Of a stretch of DNA of 64,000 nt, positions 41,816-52,855 are shown piece after piece. Position numbers and translations under genes: made by a program. The notes beneath the pieces were generated by a model. The model was not told where the DNA came from. It ran no database searches and saw only the letters and a program-made list of their open reading frames with translations. Numbering within the stretch: position 1 is the stretch's first letter; the number at the start of each line of letters is the position of its first letter. Origin of the DNA: Candidatus Omnitrophota bacterium (lineage in GTDB: Bacteria > Omnitrophota > Gorgyraeia > B26-G9); assembly GCA_043814605.1 (NCBI GenBank), contig JBDRJV010000007.1, positions 131,354 through 195,353 on the forward strand, read 5' to 3'.

Positions 41816-42512
41816 GCGGCGGTTATTTGAAAGTTTTAATTACGCGATTGAAGGATTTATGTATGTTTTAAAAACACAGCGTAATATGAGGCTGCATTTT
41901 TTATCCGCAATTATTGTTTTGTTATTTGGGGTCTATTTTAATTTTTCGAAAGAAAAATTAGTTCTTTTATTATTAACCATAAGTTTTGTTTTTATTGCAG
42001 AAATGTTTAATTCCGCTTTGGAATTAATTATTGATTTAATTACGGATGAGTTCCATCCTTTAGCCAGAATTATCAAGGATATTGCTGCCGGCGCTGTTCT
42101 GGTCGCGGCAATCAATGCGGTATTTGTTGGATATTTGCTTTTCTTTAATACCATCCCTTCGGATACGTTGCAAACAACAATTGATTATATTAGGCAAAAG
42201 CCCTTGCATTTAACTTTTATTTCCATGGTTATTGTCCTGCATGTGGTATTTTTTTCAAAAGCCAGGCTAGGAAAAGGAAAACCTTTACGTGGGGGTATGC
42301 CTTCGGGGCATGCGGCGGTAGCTTTTTCGGTTTGGGCCATTGTGTTATTTATTTCCACGAGTAAATTGTTAATAACCCTTGTATTTATTCTGGCGATTTT
42401 AGTGGCTCAAAGCAGGATTCGCCCGGGGTTTCATAGTTTAAAAGAGGTAGCTATCGGAGGGTTATTGGGATTAAGCTTAACGAGTTTGATATTTTTTATC
42501 CTAAATTTATAA
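41808..42512 (+). CDS. Diacylglycerol/undecaprenol kinase fused to a PAP2 domain
   Basis: SFNYAIEG, EMFNSALE and KDIAAGAV, followed by GGMPSGH and QSRI..GFH. Confidence 0.88.
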   Translation: MHRRRLFESFNYAIEGFMYVLKTQRNMRLHFLSAIIVLLFGVYFNFSKEKLVLLLLTISFVFIAEMFNSALELIIDLITDEFHPLARIIKDIAAGAVLVAAINAVFVGYLLFFNTIPSDTLQTTIDYIRQKPLHLTFISMVIVLHVVFFSKARLGKGKPLRGGMPSGHAAVAFSVWAIVLFISTSKLLITLVFILAILVAQSRIRPGFHSLKEVAIGGLLGLSLTSLIFFILNL

Positions 42513-42574
42513 ATTAATTTGCTGATTGGCAGTCTTAAAAAACGAGCTGTAATCTGAAAACAAAATAAGAATAA

Positions 42575-43333
42575 ATGACTATTCATAAAACAAATGCAAT
42601 TGTCTTAAATCGCAAAGATTACCGAGAAACAAGTTTTTTGTTAAGTTTTTATACTTCTGATTTTGGTAAAATATACGCCCAGGCAAAAGGAGCGCGGCGG
42701 AAGGCGGATAAATTCGGCACAAATTTTTTACCGATTACCTATAACAAAATTGTTTTTTATGAAAATAAAAGAAGTGACCTGCACATTATTTCCCAGGCTG
42801 ATCTTATTGAACCATTTATAAATATTGATAAAGACATCGAAAGATATACTTACGCCACATATTTTTTAGAATTGGTTAGTTCCGGAATGCCCGGGGGAGA
42901 GAAAAATACCCAGGTTTTTAATTTAGTAATGAAATTCTTGAATTTATTGAATAATGAGGATAAAATAAACAACATCACCCAAATTTTTGAAGTAATATTT
43001 TTAAACCTTTCCGGATTTAAACCAAGGCTGGATAGTTGCGTAAATTGTAATAACGAAATTTTGGATAAAAGTAAATTCAGCTCTGCTGCCGGGGGCTTAT
43101 TGTGCGATAAATGTTTTTATGCAGATTCAAATGCGAAAAGTTTAATGCCCGGGACAATTGCGACGATTAAATATATTGAAACAATTGAGTTAGATAAAAT
43201 TGCTAGTTTTAAAATGGTCCGTTCAGTCGGTAATGAATTGAGTATAATTCTGAGGACATTTATTGATTTTCATATCGGAGAAAAATTTAAAGCTTTAGAT
43301 TTTTTGCAAAAGGTAAGAGGTTTGTATGTCTAA
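42575..43333 (+). CDS. recO: DNA repair protein RecO
   Basis: DYRETS, AKGARR, CVNC...GGLLCDKC. Confidence 0.9.
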   Translation: MTIHKTNAIVLNRKDYRETSFLLSFYTSDFGKIYAQAKGARRKADKFGTNFLPITYNKIVFYENKRSDLHIISQADLIEPFINIDKDIERYTYATYFLELVSSGMPGGEKNTQVFNLVMKFLNLLNNEDKINNITQIFEVIFLNLSGFKPRLDSCVNCNNEILDKSKFSSAAGGLLCDKCFYADSNAKSLMPGTIATIKYIETIELDKIASFKMVRSVGNELSIILRTFIDFHIGEKFKALDFLQKVRGLYV

Positions 43334-44651
43334 TGCCGTAATGGATAAAATTGTATCCTTATGTAAACGCCGGGGGTTTATTTTTCCCAGCTCGGAAATC
43401 TATGGGGGATTAAACAGCACTTGGGATTATGGTCCTTTAGGTGTGGAGCTAAAAAGAAATATAAAAAGTGCCTGGTGGCGTGATGTTGTGCACGGGCGTG
43501 ATGATATGGAAGGCCTGGATGCAGCCATACTGATGCATCCGAATATATGGAAAGCCTCCGGACACCTAGATGGATTTACAGATGCTTTAGTTGACTGCCG
43601 GGTATGTAAAAAACGTTTTCGTGCAGATCATTTACTTGGAGAGGCAGAACAGAGAAAATGTCCGGAATGTAACGCAGTAATTAATCTCAAGGAAAATCCG
43701 CCGCGTCATTTTAATTTAATGTTAAAAACATTTTTAGGACCGGTTGAAAATGAAAACGCGATAACATATATACGTCCGGAAACAGCACAAGGAATTTTTG
43801 TGAATTTTTTAAATGTTCTAAATTCCCGGGCGAGAAAACTGCCGTTCGGTATTGCCCAGATCGGAAAAAGTTTCCGTAATGAAATTACGCCCGGAAATTT
43901 TACATTTCGCACTCGTGAATTTGAACAAATGGAAATAGAATATTTTGTGCCGCCGGAAACAGCAGAGTATTGGTACAAACATTGGGTTCAACAAAGGTTT
44001 AATTGGTATTTAAAATTAGGCATAAACAAAGAAAATTTAAAATTAAGGCAACATGCAAAGGATGAGCTAGCTCATTATGCTCAAGGTTGTACAGATATTG
44101 AGTATTTGTTTCCTTTTGGCTGGTCTGAGCTTGAGGGAATTGCGAATAGGACGGATTTTGACTTAAAACAACATGCACAATTAAGCGGTAAGGATTTAAC
44201 TTTTTTTGACCAGGCTCAAGCCAAGCGGTATTTGCCCTATGTGATTGAGCCTTCCGGGGGAGTTGACCGGGCAGCTTTAGCTTTCTTAGTTGATGCCTAT
44301 AAAGAAGAAATAGTGAAAGGAGAAACCAGAGTGGTGTTAGGGTTAAGTAAAGAATTGGCTCCCTATAAAATAGCTGTTTTACCATTATTAAAAAAGAATA
44401 CAGGTATTGTAGAAATGGCAAAAAAAATTGGTTGTAGCTTAAAGAAAAAATTTGTGGTAAAATACGACGATACTGCTTCTATCGGTAAGCTCTATCGTCG
44501 GCAGGATGAGATTGGCACCTTATTTTGTGTTACGGTTGATGTGCAATCATTAACAGATCATCAGGTGACCATAAGAGCCCGGGATACAATGGCGCAGGAT
44601 CGGGTAGATATTAGTAAATTAGAAGAATATTTTGAAAATAAAATTTTATAG
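43326..44651 (+). CDS. glyQS: Glycine--tRNA ligase (alpha2 type)
   Basis: KRRGFIF, RPETAQG, FRTREFEQME, IEPSGG, YRRQDEIGT. Confidence 0.95.
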   Translation: MSNAVMDKIVSLCKRRGFIFPSSEIYGGLNSTWDYGPLGVELKRNIKSAWWRDVVHGRDDMEGLDAAILMHPNIWKASGHLDGFTDALVDCRVCKKRFRADHLLGEAEQRKCPECNAVINLKENPPRHFNLMLKTFLGPVENENAITYIRPETAQGIFVNFLNVLNSRARKLPFGIAQIGKSFRNEITPGNFTFRTREFEQMEIEYFVPPETAEYWYKHWVQQRFNWYLKLGINKENLKLRQHAKDELAHYAQGCTDIEYLFPFGWSELEGIANRTDFDLKQHAQLSGKDLTFFDQAQAKRYLPYVIEPSGGVDRAALAFLVDAYKEEIVKGETRVVLGLSKELAPYKIAVLPLLKKNTGIVEMAKKIGCSLKKKFVVKYDDTASIGKLYRRQDEIGTLFCVTVDVQSLTDHQVTIRARDTMAQDRVDISKLEEYFENKIL

Positions 44652-44688
44652 TGAAAAAACAATGGATGGAAAGGGGGATTTATTTAAG

Positions 44689-47385
44689 ATGAGTAAAAAG
44701 TATGTGTATTTTTTTGGTAATGGAAAAGCAGACGGAAATGCTAAGATGAAAGCAATCCTCGGAGGAAAAGGAGCTAATCTAGCAGAGATGTCTAGCATTG
44801 GAGTTCCAGTACCACCTGGATTTACAATTTCCACAGAAGTTTGTGATTATTATTATAAAAATGATAAAAAGTATCCTTTAGAATTACAAAAGCAAATTGA
44901 TGAAAATATTGCCAAGCTAGAAAAAGCTATGGATGCGAAATTAGGCGATCCGAACAATCCGTTATTAGTTTCTGTACGCAGTGGAGCAGCTGCTTCTATG
45001 CCAGGCATGATGGATACAGTACTAAACCTAGGACTTAATGATGCTGCGGTTGAAGGCCTGGCCAAAAAAACAGATAACGAAAGATTAGCCTGGGATGCTT
45101 ATCGCCGGTTTATTGATATGTTTGGTGATGTAGTTATGGGAGTTGAGCATGATCATTTCGAAGAAAAATTATCCGCAATTAAAAATAAATATAAAGCAAA
45201 ATTAGATACAGATTTAAGCGCGCTGCAATTAAAAGAAGTTGTTTCAGAATATAAAAAAGTTTATCAAAAATATGTAAGAAAACCGTTTCCCCATAAAGCG
45301 AAAGATCAGTTAATGGCTGCGGTCAATGCAGTTTTTGGCTCCTGGAATATTCCGCGGGCTCAAACCTATCGCAGAATTAACCGGATTACCGGGCTTTTGG
45401 GAACTGCGGTAAATGTGCAGGCAATGGTTTTTGGTAATATGGGAGAAACTTCTGGCACCGGAGTTGCGTTTACCCGTAATCCTTCAACCGGTGATAAAGA
45501 ATTTTTTGGTGAATTTTTAATAAATGCGCAAGGGGAAGATGTAGTTGCAGGAATTAGAACCCCGGAGCCGATTAGCGATTTAAAGAAAGCCTGGCCGCCG
45601 ATTTATGAAGAATTAAATAGTATCCGTAATAAGCTGGAAAAACATTACCGCGATATGCAGGATGTTGAATTTACGATTCAGGAAGGAAAGCTCTTTATGC
45701 TGCAAACACGTACGGGTAAGCGAACAGGTTTAGCGGCCGTAAAATTAGCTGTAGATATGGTTAATGAAAGAATGATTACACCCAAAGAAGCTTTAATGCG
45801 GATTGAAGGAGATCAGCTTAACCAACTTCTTTTCCCGATTTTTGATTTAAAAGCAAAAGCAAATGCAAAACTGATTGCCAAAGGGCTGCCGGCTGGTCCG
45901 GGCGCAGCTTCTGGACAGGTAGTATTTACGGCTTTAGACGCTGAGGCTTGGAAGAAAAAAGGAAAACAAGTTATTCTGGTGAGGCACGAAACATCGCCTG
46001 AGGATGTTGCGGGTATGGATGCTGCGGTAGGAATTTTAACATCAACCGGAGGCATGACCTCGCATGCGGCAGTAGTGGCACGCGGTTGGGGGAAATGCTG
46101 TATTGCCGGATGTAGTACTCTAAATATAAACTATGCCAAACAACAGATCACCATTGGTAATTTAGTGATTAAGCAAGGGGATTGGATTTCATTAGATGGT
46201 TCAACCGGCGAGGTAATGTTAGGACACATTAAATCAAGCTCTAGTCCGGTTATTGCCGGTATTGTAGAAAATAATACGGAAGCAAAAAAAAGCGAAATTT
46301 ACAAGATGTTTAATCAGATAATGAAGTGGGCGGATCAGTACCGAACATTAAATATCCGTACGAATGCAGATACGCCTAAAGATTCACAAGCAGCCCGCAG
46401 GCTTGGGGCAGAGGGAATTGGGTTAACTCGGACTGAGCATATGTTTTTTGAAGGGGAGAGAATTTGGGCAATCAGAGAATTTATTTTAGCTCAGGATAAG
46501 ATAGCACGAGAAAAGGCTTTGGTAAAATTACTGCCATTTCAACGAAAGGATTTTGAAGGAATTTTTGAGCAAATGAATGGTTTGCCGGTAACAATTCGTT
46601 TACTGGATCCGCCATTACATGAATTTTTACCAAATGATGAAGCAGGTCAAAAAGAAATGGCAAAACGGCTTAAAATTACACCGGTACGGGTTAAAGAATT
46701 AATTAAAAGCCTGCATGAGTTAAATCCCATGCTAGGGCATCGAGGTTGCCGGTTATCGATAACCTATCCGGAGCTTTGTGTAATGCAAACCACTGCAATC
46801 ATTGAAGCAGCTTGTAAGATGGCGAAAAAAGGCATTAAGGTTATGCCGGAAATAATGATTCCTTTAATCGGGACAAAGAATGAATTTGATTTTCTGGAGC
46901 CAATTATTAGGCAGACAGCAGATGCGATTATCAAGAAAACTAATTCCCGCGTAAAATATATGGTAGGAACAATGATTGAAATTCCCCGGGCGGCTTTAAC
47001 TGCGGATGAAGTTGCGCAAAATGCAGAATTTTTCTCTTTTGGCACTAATGATTTAACCCAGATGACCTTTGGTTATAGTAGAGATGATGCCGGTGTTTTC
47101 TTACCAGAATATGTGGAAAAGAAAGTTTTACCGGATGATCCTTTCCAAACTATTGATCAAGGCGGGGTAGGAAAACTTATCCAAACAGCAGTTTCCTTAG
47201 GCCGAAAAACAAGAAAGAATCTTAAATGCGGTATTTGCGGCGAACACGGGGGAGACCCCCGGTCGGTAAAATTTTGTCATAAGGTTGGTTTAAATTATGT
47301 CAGCTGTTCACCATTTAGAGTGCCGATTGCACGTTTAGCAGCAGCACAGGCAGTAATTGAAGAAAAGGAAGGGAAAAATTTTTAA
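44689..47385 (+). CDS. ppdK: Pyruvate, phosphate dikinase
   Basis: MSKKYVYFF start after SD GGGGGA; GGKGANLAEM, GGMTSHAAVVAR, GICGEHGG. Confidence 0.96.
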   Translation: MSKKYVYFFGNGKADGNAKMKAILGGKGANLAEMSSIGVPVPPGFTISTEVCDYYYKNDKKYPLELQKQIDENIAKLEKAMDAKLGDPNNPLLVSVRSGAAASMPGMMDTVLNLGLNDAAVEGLAKKTDNERLAWDAYRRFIDMFGDVVMGVEHDHFEEKLSAIKNKYKAKLDTDLSALQLKEVVSEYKKVYQKYVRKPFPHKAKDQLMAAVNAVFGSWNIPRAQTYRRINRITGLLGTAVNVQAMVFGNMGETSGTGVAFTRNPSTGDKEFFGEFLINAQGEDVVAGIRTPEPISDLKKAWPPIYEELNSIRNKLEKHYRDMQDVEFTIQEGKLFMLQTRTGKRTGLAAVKLAVDMVNERMITPKEALMRIEGDQLNQLLFPIFDLKAKANAKLIAKGLPAGPGAASGQVVFTALDAEAWKKKGKQVILVRHETSPEDVAGMDAAVGILTSTGGMTSHAAVVARGWGKCCIAGCSTLNINYAKQQITIGNLVIKQGDWISLDGSTGEVMLGHIKSSSSPVIAGIVENNTEAKKSEIYKMFNQIMKWADQYRTLNIRTNADTPKDSQAARRLGAEGIGLTRTEHMFFEGERIWAIREFILAQDKIAREKALVKLLPFQRKDFEGIFEQMNGLPVTIRLLDPPLHEFLPNDEAGQKEMAKRLKITPVRVKELIKSLHELNPMLGHRGCRLSITYPELCVMQTTAIIEAACKMAKKGIKVMPEIMIPLIGTKNEFDFLEPIIRQTADAIIKKTNSRVKYMVGTMIEIPRAALTADEVAQNAEFFSFGTNDLTQMTFGYSRDDAGVFLPEYVEKKVLPDDPFQTIDQGGVGKLIQTAVSLGRKTRKNLKCGICGEHGGDPRSVKFCHKVGLNYVSCSPFRVPIARLAAAQAVIEEKEGKNF

Positions 47386-48201
47386 GTGATGGCTATGGAT
47401 CCAATTCGATTATATTTAAAGGATATTAAAAATATTCCGCTTTTAACCCCGGAAGAAGAACTGAAAATATCAAAAAAAGCAAAACGGGGAGATGTTAATG
47501 CGCGTAAATTAATGATCCGGTCAAATTTAAGGTTAGTGGTAAATATTGCCAAGAAATATAGTTTCTTAGGTGTGCCGATAACGGATTTGATTGAAGAAGG
47601 CAACTTGGGGCTAATGCGGTCTGTGCAAAAGTTTGATCCGCAAAAAGGGTATCGGTTTAGTACTTATGCAGCGTGGTGGATCAGGCAGTATATTACCCGG
47701 GCTATTGCTAACCAAAGTAAAACTATCCGTGTACCGGTTTATCTTACGGAAACGATCACCAAATGGAAAAAAGCTTCGGAGAGGTTAACCCAAAAACTAG
47801 GCCGGCAACCGAACATAAAAGAAATTGCGAAAAAAATGCGGATTACAATCAAAAAAGCACGCAGTTTGAGCGAAATTGTTACCCGAACAACATCTTTACA
47901 TAAACCGATTGGGGAGGATTCATCCGGAGAGTTTATGGATTTGATTGAAGATGAATCTAGTGTATCTCCTTTTGAAGAATTAAGCCGGCTTTTACGCCAG
48001 GAAAAGATTGCGGAATTATTAGAGAAGATGTCCGAGAGGGAAAAGCAGATATTAATACTCCGGTACGGGCTCGAAGATGGTGATTTTCGTACGCTTGAGG
48101 AAACAGCGAAAAACTTCAAAATTTCCCGGGAAAGAGTCAGGCAGATAGAAAATAATGCACTAAAGAAATTAAGGATGTATATGCAGGAGACAGAATCATG
48201 A
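47386..48201 (+). CDS. RNA polymerase sigma-70 factor, RpoD/RpoS-like, lacking region 1.1
   Basis: DPIRLYL, NLRLVVNIAKKY, FSTYAAWWIRQ, SRERVRQIE. Confidence 0.9.
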   Translation: MMAMDPIRLYLKDIKNIPLLTPEEELKISKKAKRGDVNARKLMIRSNLRLVVNIAKKYSFLGVPITDLIEEGNLGLMRSVQKFDPQKGYRFSTYAAWWIRQYITRAIANQSKTIRVPVYLTETITKWKKASERLTQKLGRQPNIKEIAKKMRITIKKARSLSEIVTRTTSLHKPIGEDSSGEFMDLIEDESSVSPFEELSRLLRQEKIAELLEKMSEREKQILILRYGLEDGDFRTLEETAKNFKISRERVRQIENNALKKLRMYMQETES

Positions 48202-48722
48202 AAGCGGAAAAAATTCTCGCTAAAGCTATCCGTGATGTTCCTGATTTCCCTAAAAAAGGTATAATTTTCAAGGATATCACAACATTATTACAAAATTCTA
48301 AAACCTTTAAAAAGGCGATTGATCTGATTTATAAAGAGTATAAACATAAAAAAATCGATGCAGTTGTTTGTGTGGAATCAAGAGGTTTTATCTTTGGGGC
48401 GCCTCTGGCGTATAAATTAAATACCGGCTTAGTCTTGGTCCGAAAAAAAGGGAAACTTCCCTATAAAACCTACAAAATGACTTATGCTTTAGAGTATGGA
48501 AAAGATACATTAGAAATCCACCAGGATGCTTTAAAAAAGGGAGCTTGTGTTTTAGTGATTGATGACCTTTTGGCAACCGGTGGGACAATTGCGGCTGTTT
48601 GCCAAATACTTAAAAAATTTAAAGCAAAGATAGCCGGTGTGTGTTTTGTGGTAGAATTGCTGTTCCTTAAAGGGCGGGAAAAATTAAAGGATTATAAAGT
48701 TAGTTCTATTGTAAAGTATTAA
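48198..48722 (+). CDS. apt: Adenine phosphoribosyltransferase
   Basis: PDFPKKGIIFKDIT, ESRGF, VIDDLLATGGT. Confidence 0.96.
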   Translation: MKAEKILAKAIRDVPDFPKKGIIFKDITTLLQNSKTFKKAIDLIYKEYKHKKIDAVVCVESRGFIFGAPLAYKLNTGLVLVRKKGKLPYKTYKMTYALEYGKDTLEIHQDALKKGACVLVIDDLLATGGTIAAVCQILKKFKAKIAGVCFVVELLFLKGREKLKDYKVSSIVKY

Positions 48723-48744
48723 ATCTTATATTAAGTAAAAATGC

Positions 48745-48772
48745 AAAAAACGCAGTGAAAGCTGCGTTTTTT
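48745..48772 (+). terminator. Rho-independent terminator
   Basis: aaaaaacgcagt-gaaa-gctgcgtttttt. Confidence 0.85.
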
Positions 48773-48798
48773 ATTTACGGCTTAAAGCGAAAATAAGC

Positions 48799-48827
48799 TT
48801 GCACTGTTTTTAGTAAAAGCTTAGAAT
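48799..48827 (+). promoter_or_regulatory. Sigma70 promoter
   Basis: TTGCAC-N17-TAGAAT. Confidence 0.55.
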
Positions 48828-48867
48828 AATTATTGCAAATTTTGTTTTATTTTAAGGAAAAAAATAT

Positions 48868-49836
48868 ATGTTTACTAAAGAAAACATTTTACTGGCTATA
48901 AAATCTATTTTTATTTGTGTGCTAATTTTTTTAGCGATTAAATTTGGGATTCCCGCGATAAAGGCTTTTGATCAATTTTTTACACTGAAAATTAAGTCTT
49001 TTCTTTCCTTGTTTTTTGAAGGAGCGGGAGCAGTAAAAAAACAGATTAAGGGTAAACAAAATGAATATCTAGAAACTGACTATGAAATTAATTATCGAGA
49101 GTTCCGTCAGGGATTTATGCGGGGAATCACAGATGATGATTTAACAAAAGCAATCGGCAGAGGAAATTTCCTTATTGCCAAGGATTATCAAAATCTGCAA
49201 ATCAGGCGAAAGTTAGCCTTTCTCTATTATCTGGAAAATGATTATGCAAAATCCAAAGAACATTATTATTGGATTTTAAAAAGATTTTCAGAAAACAAAT
49301 TAAAGTTTGAAAATATCCGCAGCCATGAATATGTTTATAGCATAAAAAGATGCTTATTAGAACTTGCGGCATTATCTTACGAGGGAGATAATGTTGACCA
49401 GGCATTTAGCTTTTATTGGCAATTTAAAAGAGCGGATTATCCAGAAGATACATTTTATGAATTGAGAAATCAAAATTTATCCAGCCAGGATATTCTGGTG
49501 GAGATATTTACCATGATTTCCCGGGAAGGCGGTTTTTCCTTGAAAAAATCAATCCAGGGATTAGAATTACTCAATTTAAAATATCCCGATGATCCGCGAA
49601 TAATCAGTGCATTAATTTTTGAATATTTAGAAATTATTGAATTTTTAGGTGAGGAAAGAATTCTGTTAGCTTGGGAATATATTCAAAACCTGGCTATTTT
49701 AGCAGAAGCTATCCCCAGTTTTAAGGACGAGGAATTAAAAAATGAATTACAAGAAAGAATAGAAATTTTACCTCAAATAAAAGAAAAGTATGAACGAGCT
49801 TTATCTTTTAAACTTAAAAACCAAAGTGAAAAATAA
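48868..49836 (+). CDS. Membrane-anchored helical-repeat (TPR-like) hypothetical protein
   Basis: N-terminal TM; TPR-like segments LAFLYYLENDYAKSKEHY and LAALSYEGDNVDQAFSFY. Confidence 0.55.
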   Translation: MFTKENILLAIKSIFICVLIFLAIKFGIPAIKAFDQFFTLKIKSFLSLFFEGAGAVKKQIKGKQNEYLETDYEINYREFRQGFMRGITDDDLTKAIGRGNFLIAKDYQNLQIRRKLAFLYYLENDYAKSKEHYYWILKRFSENKLKFENIRSHEYVYSIKRCLLELAALSYEGDNVDQAFSFYWQFKRADYPEDTFYELRNQNLSSQDILVEIFTMISREGGFSLKKSIQGLELLNLKYPDDPRIISALIFEYLEIIEFLGEERILLAWEYIQNLAILAEAIPSFKDEELKNELQERIEILPQIKEKYERALSFKLKNQSEK

Positions 49837-49860
49837 AATGATTAACTAGGGGAACTTATT

Positions 49861-50877
49861 GTGCAGATTTGGTTTCCACTTATGATTTTAGTTTTACTCG
49901 TATTTTTTTTGACATTTATTCTTAAATATTACTTTGTTTATTTTTGGCAAAAAAAGACAAAATTAAGAAGCCTGGCAATAAAATTTTCTTTATGTGTATT
50001 GAGCTTATTATATTTATTCATTATCTTAGAAATTATTTTTGCTGCCTTTTTTATTCAATCCGATTCTTACACTTTTACCACTTTAGCTTCGCAGCGTTGG
50101 TTTCAAAAATATTGGAATCCGATTAATTCTGCAGGATACAGAGATTATGAATATAATTGGGACGGGGAAAAAATAATATTCATTCTTGGTGATTCTTTTG
50201 CTGCTGGCCATGGCATAAAAAATATTTCACATAGATTCTCTGGGGTTTTAAAGGATAAGCTTGGGCCTGAATGGATTGTGGTCACATTAGCTAAAAATGG
50301 CTGGGATACAGTTAATGAGTATCTAACTTTAGTCCAGCATCCTAAAAAACCTAAAAAAATAATTGTCTCTTATTATATTAATGATATTGAAAGTATTGCT
50401 CGAAAAAAAGGGTATAATATCCCTTGGGAATTATTGGTAAAACATCCTCCAATTTCTTTTGCAGGGTTAATAATTAGAACATCTTTTATCGTAAATTGGA
50501 TGTATTGGAATTTACATCGTGGCCAATTGGGGGAGATTTATTGGGACTATCTTAAACATTTATTTAATAATCCTCAGATATGGGAATTGCATAAGCAAGA
50601 ATTGCTTAAATTTATAATTTATGCCCAGGAAATAAATGCAGAAATACTATTTATTGTTTGGCCTTACTTAGGAAATATTCCTGAAAGTTTAGAATTTACG
50701 TCTAAAGTGGTAGATTTTTTAGAAAAACAAAATGTTAAGGTGCTTGATTTGGGGAAATACTATTTAAATTATGATCCTGAAAATTTAATTGTTAATAAAT
50801 TAGATACGCATCCTAATGAAAAAGTTCATGCCCAAGTAGCGGAATTACTTTATAAAGAATTATTTCTGACTAAGTAA
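49861..50877 (+). CDS. Membrane-anchored SGNH/GDSL hydrolase family protein
   Basis: Two TMs, NSAGYRD, LGDSFAAGHG, YYIND, DTHPN. Confidence 0.8.
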   Translation: MQIWFPLMILVLLVFFLTFILKYYFVYFWQKKTKLRSLAIKFSLCVLSLLYLFIILEIIFAAFFIQSDSYTFTTLASQRWFQKYWNPINSAGYRDYEYNWDGEKIIFILGDSFAAGHGIKNISHRFSGVLKDKLGPEWIVVTLAKNGWDTVNEYLTLVQHPKKPKKIIVSYYINDIESIARKKGYNIPWELLVKHPPISFAGLIIRTSFIVNWMYWNLHRGQLGEIYWDYLKHLFNNPQIWELHKQELLKFIIYAQEINAEILFIVWPYLGNIPESLEFTSKVVDFLEKQNVKVLDLGKYYLNYDPENLIVNKLDTHPNEKVHAQVAELLYKELFLTK

Positions 50878-50894
50878 CTTAATGTCTACATCCA

Positions 50895-51944
50895 TTAAAA
50901 GCTAATAAAATATTTACACATGCTGATAATAATCATAAGAATAACTAAAAATTTACCCGTTGTTTTTTTTGATATTTCGTTATAGAAAACAGCCAGGCAC
51001 AAGGCAAAAACAGGCAAGTAGGGCATAGAAAATTCGAATTCTTTTACCCGAATAAAGGTTAAAATAATAAAGGGGATTACTAACCAGCTGAGTAAAAATA
51101 ATCTCTTTGCAGGACTAATGTTGCGCAGGCTATAGATAGACATTATAAAAAGAAAACAGTTTAGCCATCCGATCTGAAAGGGTAATATTTTGATATAGAA
51201 AAATAAATGTGAAAGTGAAAAAATATTTTCCTCTTGAACCTTTGCAATATGCTGTGTCCTTTCCATGATACTGGATAATGTTTGCGGACAATGATAAAAA
51301 ATCGCTGCAATGAATATGCTTAAAAAAATAAAAACAAAAATATTGAAAAATTTGTTTTTATTCTGCAACTGATTATCTGCTTTGCAAGTGAGTATTGTTG
51401 TAAAAATTGGGCCGAAAAGAAAAATAATTGCGGATTGCCTAATTAGCAGGGCCAAGCCAAAGGAAATTCCCGCAAACACAGAAAATTTAAAATTTTGGAA
51501 ATTATTAGTTAATAACAGCAAATAAGCGCATACACTTACTAATGCGGTGATGGCTATATTAAAATTGTACTGTATTGATTTTGTATAAATAATCGCAAAG
51601 AACGAGCAGATAATTGCTGCGAGTACCCCGGTTTGTTTATCGGATAATTTTTTCCCTAAGCCATAAATCGCTGATAATAAAATTGTAAAAAAGATAGCCG
51701 AATTAAAAAATAATGCATTATTCGCAGAGAAAATTTTGACTAAGATTATTCCTGTCCAGTAATACAAAGGGGCATAGGCAGTATCAATAAAAACCAAATT
51801 TTTAAAAGAAAAATTTTGGTTCAAAGCATGCATCATTTTAAAGGTATTATGCATATGCCAGTACCAGTCTTTGCCCACAGGCCAGGCTCCGGCTTTAAAC
51901 CAAAAAATAATATTGATTAAATGTAAGCTGATTAATAAAATCAT
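50895..51944 (-). CDS. ArnT/PMT-like (GT-C) polytopic glycosyltransferase
   Basis: D..WH, YAPLYY, IYGLGKKL, GLALLIRQ; many TMs. Confidence 0.7.
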   Translation of the reverse strand: MILLISLHLINIIFWFKAGAWPVGKDWYWHMHNTFKMMHALNQNFSFKNLVFIDTAYAPLYYWTGIILVKIFSANNALFFNSAIFFTILLSAIYGLGKKLSDKQTGVLAAIICSFFAIIYTKSIQYNFNIAITALVSVCAYLLLLTNNFQNFKFSVFAGISFGLALLIRQSAIIFLFGPIFTTILTCKADNQLQNKNKFFNIFVFIFLSIFIAAIFYHCPQTLSSIMERTQHIAKVQEENIFSLSHLFFYIKILPFQIGWLNCFLFIMSIYSLRNISPAKRLFLLSWLVIPFIILTFIRVKEFEFSMPYLPVFALCLAVFYNEISKKTTGKFLVILMIIISMCKYFISF

Positions 51945-51981
51945 GGTGAAAATATATTTTTTCTTTCTTATCTGTATCTTT

Positions 51982-52674
51982 CTATTTTATAATTTGCAGG
52001 CTAATATCATCAATATAGGTGATTGTGCCGAAATCACTGCTATTTAGCGTTATTTCTAATTGAATTGCCCTGGCGGATAGGGGTAATTGCTCGGAAAGCT
52101 CAACTTTTTCCCAATCCAATGCATTACATTTAAGGTCTTTAGAAATTAAAATTCTTCCGGCGCCGCTTTTTTCTAACAAGTTTATATAAATAACTGGGCC
52201 TGCTCCCTTATAATATAATTTCAGGTGCAGCTGGCTATTGGGTATTATTCCTAACCAGGTGGGATTATTTTCAAAACCCCAGGGCAGGTATTTTAAATTT
52301 GAAAAACCTTTATTTTTGCAAAAATATAATCGACAGGGCAGTTCAAGGGCAGAGATTTTCAAGCTCTGGAAGAAAGAAAAAAAATCATCTTTAGAAATTG
52401 AGAACTTATTTTTAGAATCAGGAGCTGCAAAATACGATAAGCCGTTTGAGAAATCAATTTTCAGAAAAGGATTTTTTTCAAAGTAATTTTCCTCGATATA
52501 ATCATCAACCTTTTGATTATAAATTATCCCTTTTTCGATAAAATCTTGCATGCCTTTTTTAGACAGAAGTTTTTTACTTGAGCTTGTGAGTTTACAATAA
52601 CTGAAGAAAAAAAATAAACATAGACAAAAGATGATAATATATAAATAGAATAAATTTTTTTTTAAATTTTTCAT
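51982..52674 (-). CDS. Membrane-anchored hypothetical protein with a possible carbohydrate-binding beta-sandwich
   Basis: N-terminal TM; C-terminal DWEKVE...YIDDISL typical of CBM4_9-like folds. Confidence 0.5.
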   Translation of the reverse strand: MKNLKKNLFYLYIIIFCLCLFFFFSYCKLTSSSKKLLSKKGMQDFIEKGIIYNQKVDDYIEENYFEKNPFLKIDFSNGLSYFAAPDSKNKFSISKDDFFSFFQSLKISALELPCRLYFCKNKGFSNLKYLPWGFENNPTWLGIIPNSQLHLKLYYKGAGPVIYINLLEKSGAGRILISKDLKCNALDWEKVELSEQLPLSARAIQLEITLNSSDFGTITYIDDISLQIIK

Positions 52675-52749
52675 ATTTGTAGAAAAGTTTATGCATAAAG
52701 TTTATAAATTTTAACTGAAAAAGTCAAATTATATAATTAATTTCTAAAA

Positions 52750-52778
52750 TTGCCAAGATTTGCTAAAGATGTTAAGAT
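52750..52778 (+). promoter_or_regulatory. Sigma70 promoter
   Basis: TTGCCA-N17-TAAGAT with extended TG. Confidence 0.5.
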
Positions 52779-52855
52779 AATAACCAAAATTAAAACATTA
52801 AAAATTTGCTTTTAAGTTTATAAAAACAATGGCGGAAGAAAAATAGAAGGAGAGG

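Noticed and set aside
44632-44688. Longer PpdK start in the ORF track
   Set aside because: It overlaps glyQS; the SD and conserved MSKKYVY start point to 44689.
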